Notes: a model not told the origin generated them from the sequence alone. Counted from the stretch's first letter, positions 8,243 to 19,244 are shown. The stretch is 26,349 nucleotides of DNA from an uncultured Lachnospiraceae bacterium (GCA_964609165.1 CAZSSE010000001.1:1-26349); one strand, 5' to 3'. Numbers and translations: made by a program.

Positions 8243-9048
8243 TTAAACGAACACTTACGGGAGCTGTGATATTGGTGTTCGTGTATGCGTGGCTTTTATT
8301 TTCACATATCCCGATCGTTTTATACATAGGAACACTGATATTGAGTGCTTTAGCTGTTCTTGAAATTATGAGAATTTGCAGGACCGACAATCATAAAGTG
8401 CTTTACGGTACAATAGTAATATATGCTTTGCTGTTGCTATTGCCCATACCGAGGTACGAATACCCGATGATGTTGATATTTCCCGCTGCCTTGATCATGT
8501 TCGGATTTATGATGGCGGATAAGGAGAAATTTCGGATATTCAATCCTGCTTTTGCAATCGTAGTCAGCATTACGGTTATATTGCTTTTCAAGGCTATTCC
8601 GACGCTGAGATCGATGGATAACGGATTTTATTATTTGACATTTGCAGTAACGTCTTGTTTTGTAACCGACATTGCTGCATTTTTGTTTGGCAGGGCTTTT
8701 GGCTCGCATAAGCTGTGTCCAAAAATAAGTCCCAAGAAAACGGTTGAGGGAGCGATAGGTGGTGCGGCGTGTGCCGTTATCATCTCCATGCTTGCCGCGG
8801 TTATTTTGCACAGGCTTGCAAAATTACACTTTAGCGTCATTGTGCTCGTAATATGGGCTGTGCTTGTATCTGTTATAGGTCAGCTTGGCGATCTTTGTAT
8901 GTCGGTCGTCAAGCGTATTGCGGGAGTAAAGGATTTTGGCGCGCTATTGCCCGGACACGGCGGTATTCTTGACCGATTTGACAGTCACGTTTTAGCCATA
9001 CCGTTTACGCTTGTCTTCTGTGTGTTGACGGGTGGATTTATTCGGTAA
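8239..9048 (+). CDS. cdsA: Phosphatidate cytidylyltransferase
   Basis: ISPKKTVEG and KDFGALLPGHGGILDRFDS signatures. ATGA overlap with the upstream gene. Confidence 0.93.
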   Translation: MIKRTLTGAVILVFVYAWLLFSHIPIVLYIGTLILSALAVLEIMRICRTDNHKVLYGTIVIYALLLLLPIPRYEYPMMLIFPAALIMFGFMMADKEKFRIFNPAFAIVVSITVILLFKAIPTLRSMDNGFYYLTFAVTSCFVTDIAAFLFGRAFGSHKLCPKISPKKTVEGAIGGAACAVIISMLAAVILHRLAKLHFSVIVLVIWAVLVSVIGQLGDLCMSVVKRIAGVKDFGALLPGHGGILDRFDSHVLAIPFTLVFCVLTGGFIR

Positions 9049-9144
9049 AAAAAGCAAAACAAAGGTCAGAGCCATTTTGTATAAGATTTTTGGAATGAGC
9101 ACTGAATTTTCCAAAATGACGATCAAGGTCGGACAAATAATAAT

Positions 9145-9184
9145 GCAATATCCCCCGCTTCATGTCAAAAGCGGGGGATATTGC
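9145..9184 (-). terminator. Intrinsic terminator between convergent cdsA and lysR
   Basis: Perfect 16-bp stem GCAATATCCCCCGCTT/AAGCGGGGGATATTGC with an 8-nt loop. The U-rich tail is on the minus strand (ATTATTATTTG). Confidence 0.8.
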
Positions 9185-9198
9185 GGGGATTATATAAA

Positions 9199-10095
9199 TT
9201 ATCCTTTATGAACATTACTTTGATACAATTCAACAATTCCTTTCAATACGTCCAAATGGGCAAAGTCCTTGTTGTAGGCAATATTCATTTCACGCATCAT
9301 ACTCAGATTTTCAATAGGAAGAATAGTCAGCTTTCCTTTCTTTGCCTCGCTGATGCAAGCGCTTCGGGGAAGAATAGATACGCCGAGCCCCTTTTTTACA
9401 AGCTCATTTATCGTAGAAACATTATCCACCTCCAAAGACACGTTAAAATTATCTATAGACTCGTTCATACTGATAAGTGTCGCTTCAAACAACTGTCTTG
9501 TTGCGGATGTGGGTAAACGCAGGATCATGTTTTGCTTTTTCAGATCATTTATCGTAACCAAAGAATGCTTTGCAATCGGATTATCGTTGCTCATTACGCA
9601 AACCAGATAGTCTGTATCCACCATAAAGTAATTCAGCTTGGCGGAGTGACGTTTTCCCTCCACGATGGCAATATCAAGCTCGTAATTCTCAAGCATATCA
9701 TAAAGATTATTTATGGTATCAGTAATTATCGTTATACTTACGTGCGAGTATTGGTTCACGTATTTTGCCAATATTTCCGAGATCATATTGTTCTCGGAGG
9801 TATGGGTAATACCGATACGAAATCTTGAAACGTGCTTTTGCTCATCAGCAATTTCGAATAGCATTTTTTCGTGCAGTGCTTTCAATCTTCTTGCGTATGT
9901 AACGGCAATTTCTCCTTCCGGCGTAAGTCTGAAATCCCCCTTGCCGCGCACAAAAATCTTTGCATTGCACTCTTTTTCAAGCTGACAGATATGGTTACTT
10001 ACGGCGGGCTGTGTCAGCGACAGGATCTTAGCTGCTTTCGTGAAATTCTTACAATCGGAGACCACAAGCAGTGTTTCAAGCTTTACATCTAACAT
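9199..10095 (-). CDS. LysR-family transcriptional regulator
   Basis: N-terminal HTH NFTKAAKILSLTQPAVSNHICQLE plus a PBP2 effector domain. RBS GAGGT; divergent from the antiporter/ATP synthase cluster. Confidence 0.95.
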   Translation of the reverse strand: MLDVKLETLLVVSDCKNFTKAAKILSLTQPAVSNHICQLEKECNAKIFVRGKGDFRLTPEGEIAVTYARRLKALHEKMLFEIADEQKHVSRFRIGITHTSENNMISEILAKYVNQYSHVSITIITDTINNLYDMLENYELDIAIVEGKRHSAKLNYFMVDTDYLVCVMSNDNPIAKHSLVTINDLKKQNMILRLPTSATRQLFEATLISMNESIDNFNVSLEVDNVSTINELVKKGLGVSILPRSACISEAKKGKLTILPIENLSMMREMNIAYNKDFAHLDVLKGIVELYQSNVHKG

Positions 10096-10147
10096 AGCAT
10101 ATACCTCTACTATAAAATAAATTTATCAATACCTAAAAAAATATAAG

Positions 10148-10176
10148 TTGACATTATAATATTTTTAGTATATCAT
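10148..10176 (+). promoter_or_regulatory. Putative sigmaA promoter of the antiporter-mgtC-atp cluster
   Basis: TTGACA (10148-10153), 17 bp, TATCAT (10171-10176). Confidence 0.55.
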
Positions 10177-10613
10177 ATAATAGATCAATTTGCAAGCGGA
10201 GAAGTGCATTTTGTGAAAAATATTTTGATGATATTTAAGCGATTTTTCATTAAGCCTTCTGACGGCAGGTTGCTTTTGAAAGAACGATAGCAGGACGACT
10301 TGTTTTGCACGGCTGTGATCGACGGCACCGTAAAGGGGCGCGGAAGAAAATGGTTGATTTTTTTGGATCTTGCTTTGTTTTTATCAGTACTGTTTTTACT
10401 CGTCAGGGATGATTATATAGAAGCGCACACGCTATCGTTTGGTACATATGCTTGCTGTTACGGTGGTCTGCGCTTTTTTATTTTGAAATTTGAAATCCGA
10501 CGATCTGAGTATCGGGACAGATGTGTATTATCGTAGGTTATGCGTCCTTATGCGTCTGCCCATTATTATTTACGAAAATACCGTAGCACTTGGCTACTAT
10601 GGAGGTATATGAA

Positions 10614-12071
10614 ATGTTGAATGGTCTTTACGAGCGCTTGGGGACACAATCGAATGTTGCTGTTATTATTATCTCTGTCGCCATTATGCTGATATGCGGA
10701 TTTTTAATGACTCGTGTTACGAAAAAACTACGTCTGCCAAACGTGACTGCGTACATAATAGTCGGTATTCTGATCGGACCGTATTGCTTGGATCTTATTC
10801 CGAAATCTATCATAGAAGGTACGGAATTTCTCGCCGACATCGCACTCGCGTTCATTGCATTCAGTACGGGAGAGTTTTTCAAATTTTCAAAGCTGAAAAA
10901 CAGCGTAGGCAAGGTCGTGGTCATAACGCTTGCCGAGGCGCTTTTAGCGTCTGTGCTTGTATTCGTTCTTTCCTTCTGGATATTGCATCTGAGCCTTGCC
11001 TTTTCTATCGTTCTGGCTGCACTTGCATCGGCAACTGCCCCCGCCTCTACGATGATGACGATCAGGCAGACGGGCGCGAAGGGCGACTTTGTAGATACGC
11101 TTTTACAAGTAGTTGCCTATGACGACATCGTGGCTCTTCTGGCTTACAGCATTGCCATCTCAGTTGCCGTCACCTACACAACAGGCGAAGCCTTCAGCTT
11201 TTTGAACATTGTTGTCCCCATTTTGAAAAATTTCGGAGCCCTGGCGCTTGGCGGCGTATTCGGATTACTTATGAAGCTTCTGATACATAGAAAACGGTCT
11301 ACCGACAATCGCCTGATTATCTCTATTGCGCTTTTGTTCGCATTTTGCGGTATATGCGCGGCGATGGATGTTTCTCCGCTTCTCGGATGTATGTCTATGG
11401 GAACGGTGTACGTCAATCTTGCAGATGATGATAAGCTATTTAAACAGCTAAACTATTTCAGCCCTCCTATTCTGCTTCTTTTCTTCGTTCGCTCGGGTCT
11501 TTCCTTTGATTTAAATGCTTTGGTAAATCCCTCCGGCGCGATTGGCGGTGTTTCACTCTTGCTGATCGGCGTGTTGTATTTCTTTGTACGTATTATCGGA
11601 AAATACGTGGGCGCATTTCTTGGCTGTCTTTGTGTTAAAAAGCCCGTCAGAACCCGTAATTATTTGGGGCTCGCTCTTATTCCGCAGGCGGGAGTTGCAA
11701 TTGGTCTTGCGGCACTTGGTGCAAGAACGCTCGGCGGCGATGTCGGAAATGCCTTGCAGACCATTATACTTGCTTCAAGCGTGCTTTACGAGTTGGTCGG
11801 TCCCGCTTGCGCAAAGCTCTCGCTTTATTTGTCAAAATCGTATTCAACTAAGCTTGAAGACATAGTTCCTCTTAATAAAGAGCCGAGCACCGAGGAAAAA
11901 CCTAAAAACACCGTCGAGGAATTGATCGAGAGAATACAGATCATCCAAGGCGAGCTTGCAAAAGAGAAAATTAACGAAGAGGAGCACGCATTTACAGAGG
12001 CGGCTGAGGAACATTTTGAGGCTTTGTCGGTTCGCCATGCCTATCTTGCCTCGGGAGGAAAGAGAAAATGA
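10614..12071 (+). CDS. CPA2-family cation:proton antiporter with a charged helical C-terminal tail
   Basis: About 12-13 TM helices; LPNVTAYIIVGILIGP, ATAPAST, VAYDDI and RIIGKY motifs. ATG 10614 lies 7 nt after GGAGGT. Confidence 0.88.
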   Translation: MLNGLYERLGTQSNVAVIIISVAIMLICGFLMTRVTKKLRLPNVTAYIIVGILIGPYCLDLIPKSIIEGTEFLADIALAFIAFSTGEFFKFSKLKNSVGKVVVITLAEALLASVLVFVLSFWILHLSLAFSIVLAALASATAPASTMMTIRQTGAKGDFVDTLLQVVAYDDIVALLAYSIAISVAVTYTTGEAFSFLNIVVPILKNFGALALGGVFGLLMKLLIHRKRSTDNRLIISIALLFAFCGICAAMDVSPLLGCMSMGTVYVNLADDDKLFKQLNYFSPPILLLFFVRSGLSFDLNALVNPSGAIGGVSLLLIGVLYFFVRIIGKYVGAFLGCLCVKKPVRTRNYLGLALIPQAGVAIGLAALGARTLGGDVGNALQTIILASSVLYELVGPACAKLSLYLSKSYSTKLEDIVPLNKEPSTEEKPKNTVEELIERIQIIQGELAKEKINEEEHAFTEAAEEHFEALSVRHAYLASGGKRK

Positions 12072-12778
12072 TAGATCCTATTGCAAAAATACTTGGTGAA
12101 TGGTCTCAGGAGCTGAACGGATACAGTATTTTATTCAGAATTGTTTTATCGGTGACGCTTGCCGCCGTGATCGGCTGTGAGCGTTCAAGCAAACGTCACT
12201 CGGCAGGACTTCGCACCTTTATATTGGTGTCCTTGGCTATGACGGTGACTATGCTCCTTGACGGATATTTAATGGGAACGGGCACATACGTTCTCTCGGG
12301 CGCAGGCATTATAGGTGTGGCAATTATCAGCGTAAATTCCTTGCTTGTAAGCTCACGAAGTCAAATTAAGGGCTTGACCACTGCCGCAGGGCTTTGGACC
12401 TGCGCGATCATCGGTCTTGCGGTGGGAGCGGGTTACTACACGGTTACGTTTATTGCGTTTGGCGTACTGCTGTGCTGCCTTTCGATCTTCCCGTCGTTGG
12501 AGCGTTATTTGAAAAACAGATCTAACCATTTTGAAATACATCTTGAATTAAAAGATAACAGCTATCTCGAAAACTTTGTTACGACGATACGCAGGCTTGG
12601 CTTGCGCATTGATGATATTGAGGCAAATCCAGCTTACGCAGGCTCGGGGCTGAGCGTATATTCTATCGCAATTTCGATCAGCAGCCAGGAGCTGAAAAAG
12701 TATAAAACACACACAGAGATCATCGAGGCACTTCGCAGCTTGGATTACATTTGCCACATAGAAGAAATGTTACTTTGA
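12068..12778 (+). CDS. mgtC: MgtC/SapB-family membrane protein with an ACT-like C-terminal domain
   Basis: IGCERSSKRHSAGLRT and KGLTTAAGLW signatures. ATGA overlap with the antiporter. Confidence 0.9.
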   Translation: MIDPIAKILGEWSQELNGYSILFRIVLSVTLAAVIGCERSSKRHSAGLRTFILVSLAMTVTMLLDGYLMGTGTYVLSGAGIIGVAIISVNSLLVSSRSQIKGLTTAAGLWTCAIIGLAVGAGYYTVTFIAFGVLLCCLSIFPSLERYLKNRSNHFEIHLELKDNSYLENFVTTIRRLGLRIDDIEANPAYAGSGLSVYSIAISISSQELKKYKTHTEIIEALRSLDYICHIEEMLL

Positions 12779-12833
12779 TTTGGCACTTGATCTTTCCATA
12801 CCAAATGGTAAAAAATAAATGGAGAAAAATAAG

Positions 12834-13673
12834 ATGAAAACGAAAAAAAGGAACAAGAAACTGATTTTCCTTGCGTTTTGGCTTGCAACTATTGTATTGA
12901 TAGTTGTTGGAATAATATTGCTGTGGCCACCCGGAGCTAAGCATCAAACGATCAAAGAGGTCATGAAGGACGGAGTTTTGCATGAAGACAACAAGATGTC
13001 TTTATTTGGGCTTGAGGTAAATCCTGCGCTGATTTCCGCTTATACGGTTACGGCAATATTATTGCTTATAGCTGCACTTATAAGAATATTTGCAATACCA
13101 AAATTCAAGACCGTACCCGGTAAGCTTCAATGTGTTATCGAAAAGCTGGTGGAGTTCTTCTCGGATATGGCACACGCCAACAGTCATCACAGGCCACGTT
13201 TCGTGGGAGCGTATATATTCAGCGCGGGTATTTACATATTTTTCGGAACGCTGTTCGAGCTGTTCGGAGTACAATGGCTTACAACAGACGGGGTATCAGT
13301 GTCTCTCCCCGCGCCGTTATCGGATATCAATGCCGCAATAGCAATGGGAGTCATGTCATATATAATAATTCTCGGCGCAGGCATTATCTGCGGAGGCTTC
13401 CGCGGGGCACTCGGTGTCCTGAAGGACTTTTCGTTACCTATATCGATGAGCTTCCGCTTGTTCGGCGCACTGATCAGTGGATTGCTTGTTACCGAGCTTG
13501 TCTATTATTATGTAAGCCTCAGCTTTGTATTACCTGTAATCGTGGGAGTTCTGTTTACACTTTTACACGCTATCGTACAGACCTATGTGCTTGCAACGCT
13601 GGTATCGATATTCTACGGCGAAGCCGTTGAACCAAAGCCAAAGAAAGTTAAAATTAAGAAAGCTAAGAGGTAA
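12834..13673 (+). CDS. atpB: F1Fo ATP synthase subunit a, with an extra N-terminal hydrophobic helix
   Basis: VPGKLQCVIE, APLSDIN, PISMSFRLFG (essential Arg) and VQTYV...L motifs. ATG 12834 follows GGAG; the alternative start is 12819. Confidence 0.9.
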   Translation: MKTKKRNKKLIFLAFWLATIVLIVVGIILLWPPGAKHQTIKEVMKDGVLHEDNKMSLFGLEVNPALISAYTVTAILLLIAALIRIFAIPKFKTVPGKLQCVIEKLVEFFSDMAHANSHHRPRFVGAYIFSAGIYIFFGTLFELFGVQWLTTDGVSVSLPAPLSDINAAIAMGVMSYIIILGAGIICGGFRGALGVLKDFSLPISMSFRLFGALISGLLVTELVYYYVSLSFVLPVIVGVLFTLLHAIVQTYVLATLVSIFYGEAVEPKPKKVKIKKAKR

Positions 13674-13679
13674 ACTAAA

Positions 13680-14057
13680 ATGAAAAAAATTATATCTGTC
13701 ATTATATCATTGATTTTGATGCTTACACTTGTTGCGATGACGTCCGTCAGCGTTTCTGCCGCTGAGTCAGATTCTGCTCAAAGCGATGAAGCTGCTGCGG
13801 CTGTTGAAGAGACCGAGGCAAATAACAGCAGTGTTCTTTCTACTAAAGCTATCGCTGCCGCAATTGTTGTGGCGGTTGTTGGAGCGACGGGTGCCATCGG
13901 TATGGCGATCGCAATTTCCAAGAGTACCGACAGTATGGCTCGTCAGCCGGAAATAGCGGGAAAAATCAACTCGACAATGATGCTCGGCATCGTATTTATT
14001 GAAACTGCGATCATTTATGCCTTGATTGTCGCAATTCTTATTATATTTGTTTTGTAA
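13680..14057 (+). CDS. atpE: F1Fo ATP synthase subunit c with a ~51-aa N-terminal extension
   Basis: ARQPE loop and FIETAIIY ion-binding helix. RBS GAGGT before Met1. Confidence 0.93.
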   Translation: MKKIISVIISLILMLTLVAMTSVSVSAAESDSAQSDEAAAAVEETEANNSSVLSTKAIAAAIVVAVVGATGAIGMAIAISKSTDSMARQPEIAGKINSTMMLGIVFIETAIIYALIVAILIIFVL

Positions 14058-14069
14058 GAGGGAACGAAT

Positions 14070-14591
14070 ATGCCACTCAACATAGATTTTTTGCAGATTC
14101 TTCTGCATATGCTGAATTTTGTTATTCTTGCGGGTGGTCTTACTTTTCTTCTGTTCAATCCGGTCAGCCGTTTTTTGGAACAGCGCAGGGAGCAGCTTGC
14201 CGAAGCGGAAAGGCGGAACCGAGAGTTAGCTGAAGAAAATGAAAGACTTAGAACAGAGTATGAGCAAAAGCTGCGTGATGCCGATAGGGAAATCTCGGAT
14301 AAGAAGAAAACGGTAGAGAAGGAATGGGCGGATATTTCCGAGCAATACATCGTAGAAGCAAAGGAGAAGGCATCTGCTATCATCATTGCCGCAGAGAAGG
14401 AAGCGGAAGACCGCAAGGAGCACATTCTTGAATCGGCGCAGGCTGAGATCGGTGAGCTTATTGTTACGGCAACGCAGAAACTACTCAGCGATACAGTAAC
14501 CCCAGAACGCAACAGTGCTTTATACGACGAGTTTATACGTGTTGCCGAAAGCACTACTGCAAAAAAGAGGTCAGAGCATGATAAAAAATGA
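14070..14591 (+). CDS. atpF: F1Fo ATP synthase subunit b
   Basis: N-terminal TM (NFVILAGGLTFLLFNPV) followed by a long charged coiled coil; position after atpE. Confidence 0.9.
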   Translation: MPLNIDFLQILLHMLNFVILAGGLTFLLFNPVSRFLEQRREQLAEAERRNRELAEENERLRTEYEQKLRDADREISDKKKTVEKEWADISEQYIVEAKEKASAIIIAAEKEAEDRKEHILESAQAEIGELIVTATQKLLSDTVTPERNSALYDEFIRVAESTTAKKRSEHDKK

Positions 14592-16356
14592 GTTTGATAA
14601 TACTCACATTAAAAAGCACGATGCTTTAAGAGTTGAAATTCAGTGCGTCACACCTCCAAATGAAGATCAGCTTGCTAAGATGCGAGAGTTCTTTTTGCAG
14701 GAGTATGATGCAGAGGATATTGATTTCTTAATTAAAAAAGATCCAAGCGTAGTTGGCGGCTTTCGTATCTTTGTCGGTGATGAAAACTACGATTGGAGCA
14801 CTCTCGGACGTATTCGTCAGCTCAGAAAATCCTTTGAGTCCATAAAAAAAGAATATGATCCTGCACAAATCGTATCGCTTCTTCGCGAGAATATAAACAG
14901 CTTTGAGCTTCGCGCAGGACATCAGCAGGTAGGCTTTGTGGTTTCTGTCGGCGACGGTATTGCAATAATAAAAGGATTGCATGAGGTTGAGTACGGAGAG
15001 ATCGTTCTGTTTGACTGTGGTGTAAAGGGAATGATACAGGATATTCGTGCCGACGGTACAAACGGTATCATTCTTTTTGGTGATGATTCTGAAATATACG
15101 AGGGTAGCCGCGTGGTAAGAACACAGCGTACCGCAGGTATTCCTATCAGCACGAAAATACTCGGAAGAATTGTTGATCCTCTTGGCAATCCAGTGGATAA
15201 TGGCGGTGAGATCGGAGCTAAAGAGTATTATCCGATCGAACGCTCTGCCCCCGGTATTATCGAGCGAAAGACCGTAAACAGACCGCTTGAAACGGGAATC
15301 CTTGCGATAGACTCTATGTTTCCCATAGGGCGAGGTCAACGCGAGCTGATCATAGGTGATCGTCAGACGGGAAAGACAACGATCGCAACCGACACGATCA
15401 TCAATCAAAAGGATAAGAATGTTGTTTGCATATATGTTGCGATAGGACAGAAGGCTACCTCCATAGCAAAGGTCGTTTCCACGTTGAAAAAGCATGGCGC
15501 TATGGACTATACGGTAGTTGTTTCCTCTCCTGCAAGTGATGCGGCATCATTTCAATACATTGCGCCCTATTCCGGCTGTGCTATTGCCGAATACTTTATG
15601 TACCACGGCAGAGATGTGCTGATAATTTATGATGATCTGTCCAAGCACGCAGTTGCATACCGTACACTAAGCCTTTTGCTGGAACGCTCACCCGGAAGGG
15701 AAGCCTATCCCGGTGATGTGTTCTATCTTCATTCAAGACTTTTAGAGCGTTCCGCGCAGCTTTCGGATAAATTGAGCGGCGGAAGTATGACCGCTCTGCC
15801 GATTGTTGAAACACAGGACGGAGACGTTTCGGCATATATACCGACGAACATTATTTCCATAACAGACGGTCAGATATTCTTAGAGAGCGAATTATTCTTT
15901 GCAGGTCAGCGACCTGCTATCAATGTCGGTCTTTCTGTTTCCCGTGTCGGAGGAACTGCACAGACAGATGTTATGAAAAAGTCGGTCGGAACTGTTCGCC
16001 TTGATTTGGCGCAGTATCGTGAGATGCAGGTATTTTCGCAGTTTGGCGGTGATTTGGATGCGAGTACGGTGCGACAGCTAAAGTATGGCGCAGGTCTTAT
16101 GCAGCTTCTTCGTCAACCAAACAATTCGCCGTTGAGCTTGTACAGACAGGTTATTACCTTGATATGTGCACAGGCAAGGCTGTTCGTAGATGTGCCGATC
16201 AAAGAAATCAAAACGGTACAGCAAGAGCTTCTCACATATTTTGAACAGCACAACAGTGCCATATGTCATAAGATCGAACACAGTAAGATCTATTCGGATA
16301 AATTGAAAAACGAGATTATTGATACGGCGAAGCAGTATATTGCAAGCCGTAAATAA
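14578..16356 (+). CDS. atpA: F1 alpha subunit with an N-terminal delta/OSCP C-terminal-domain fusion, 592 aa
   Basis: Walker A GDRQTGKT, PGREAYPGDVFYLHSRLLER and SVSRVGG. The first ~90 aa contain the delta signature DPSVVGGFRIFVGDENYDWS. ATG 14578 follows GAGGT. Confidence 0.95.
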   Translation: MIKNEFDNTHIKKHDALRVEIQCVTPPNEDQLAKMREFFLQEYDAEDIDFLIKKDPSVVGGFRIFVGDENYDWSTLGRIRQLRKSFESIKKEYDPAQIVSLLRENINSFELRAGHQQVGFVVSVGDGIAIIKGLHEVEYGEIVLFDCGVKGMIQDIRADGTNGIILFGDDSEIYEGSRVVRTQRTAGIPISTKILGRIVDPLGNPVDNGGEIGAKEYYPIERSAPGIIERKTVNRPLETGILAIDSMFPIGRGQRELIIGDRQTGKTTIATDTIINQKDKNVVCIYVAIGQKATSIAKVVSTLKKHGAMDYTVVVSSPASDAASFQYIAPYSGCAIAEYFMYHGRDVLIIYDDLSKHAVAYRTLSLLLERSPGREAYPGDVFYLHSRLLERSAQLSDKLSGGSMTALPIVETQDGDVSAYIPTNIISITDGQIFLESELFFAGQRPAINVGLSVSRVGGTAQTDVMKKSVGTVRLDLAQYREMQVFSQFGGDLDASTVRQLKYGAGLMQLLRQPNNSPLSLYRQVITLICAQARLFVDVPIKEIKTVQQELLTYFEQHNSAICHKIEHSKIYSDKLKNEIIDTAKQYIASRK

Positions 16357-16387
16357 GTGTAAATAAGTGTAAATAAGTGTAAATAAG
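16349..16387 (+). repeat. 10-bp tandem repeat (GTAAATAAGT) x3.9
   Basis: Three perfect units plus GTAAATAAG. The first unit contains the atpA stop codon. Confidence 0.95.
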
Positions 16388-16403
16388 AAAGAAGGGATGA
16401 TAC

Positions 16404-19147
<2,744 letters not shown>

Positions 19148-19244
19148 AGTGGTTTTTGGCTATTTATGTTGATGCGGCGGATCACGTTTTGCGTAAATGG
19201 TGTATGAAATAAGCAAATAAGAATTTGAAAGAGGAATATCTTAT

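Noticed and set aside
10300-10536. 78-aa ORF with a hydrophobic segment in the atp-cluster leader
   Set aside because: TTG start with a poorly spaced RBS and no recognisable family; the hydrophobicity follows from T-rich DNA. Kept only as part of the leader finding.
12779-12820. Internal promoter for atpB (TTGATC...TAAAAA)
   Set aside because: The -10 lacks the conserved final T and the spacing is suboptimal; it cannot be supported without TSS data.
13680-14057. Na+-coupled c subunit
   Set aside because: The Q32-equivalent is Met and the motif is ETA rather than EST; only E, T and Y are retained. This is a sequence-based judgement, not a measurement.
16349-16387. CRISPR-like array
   Set aside because: The units are 10 bp with no spacers, and there are no cas genes.
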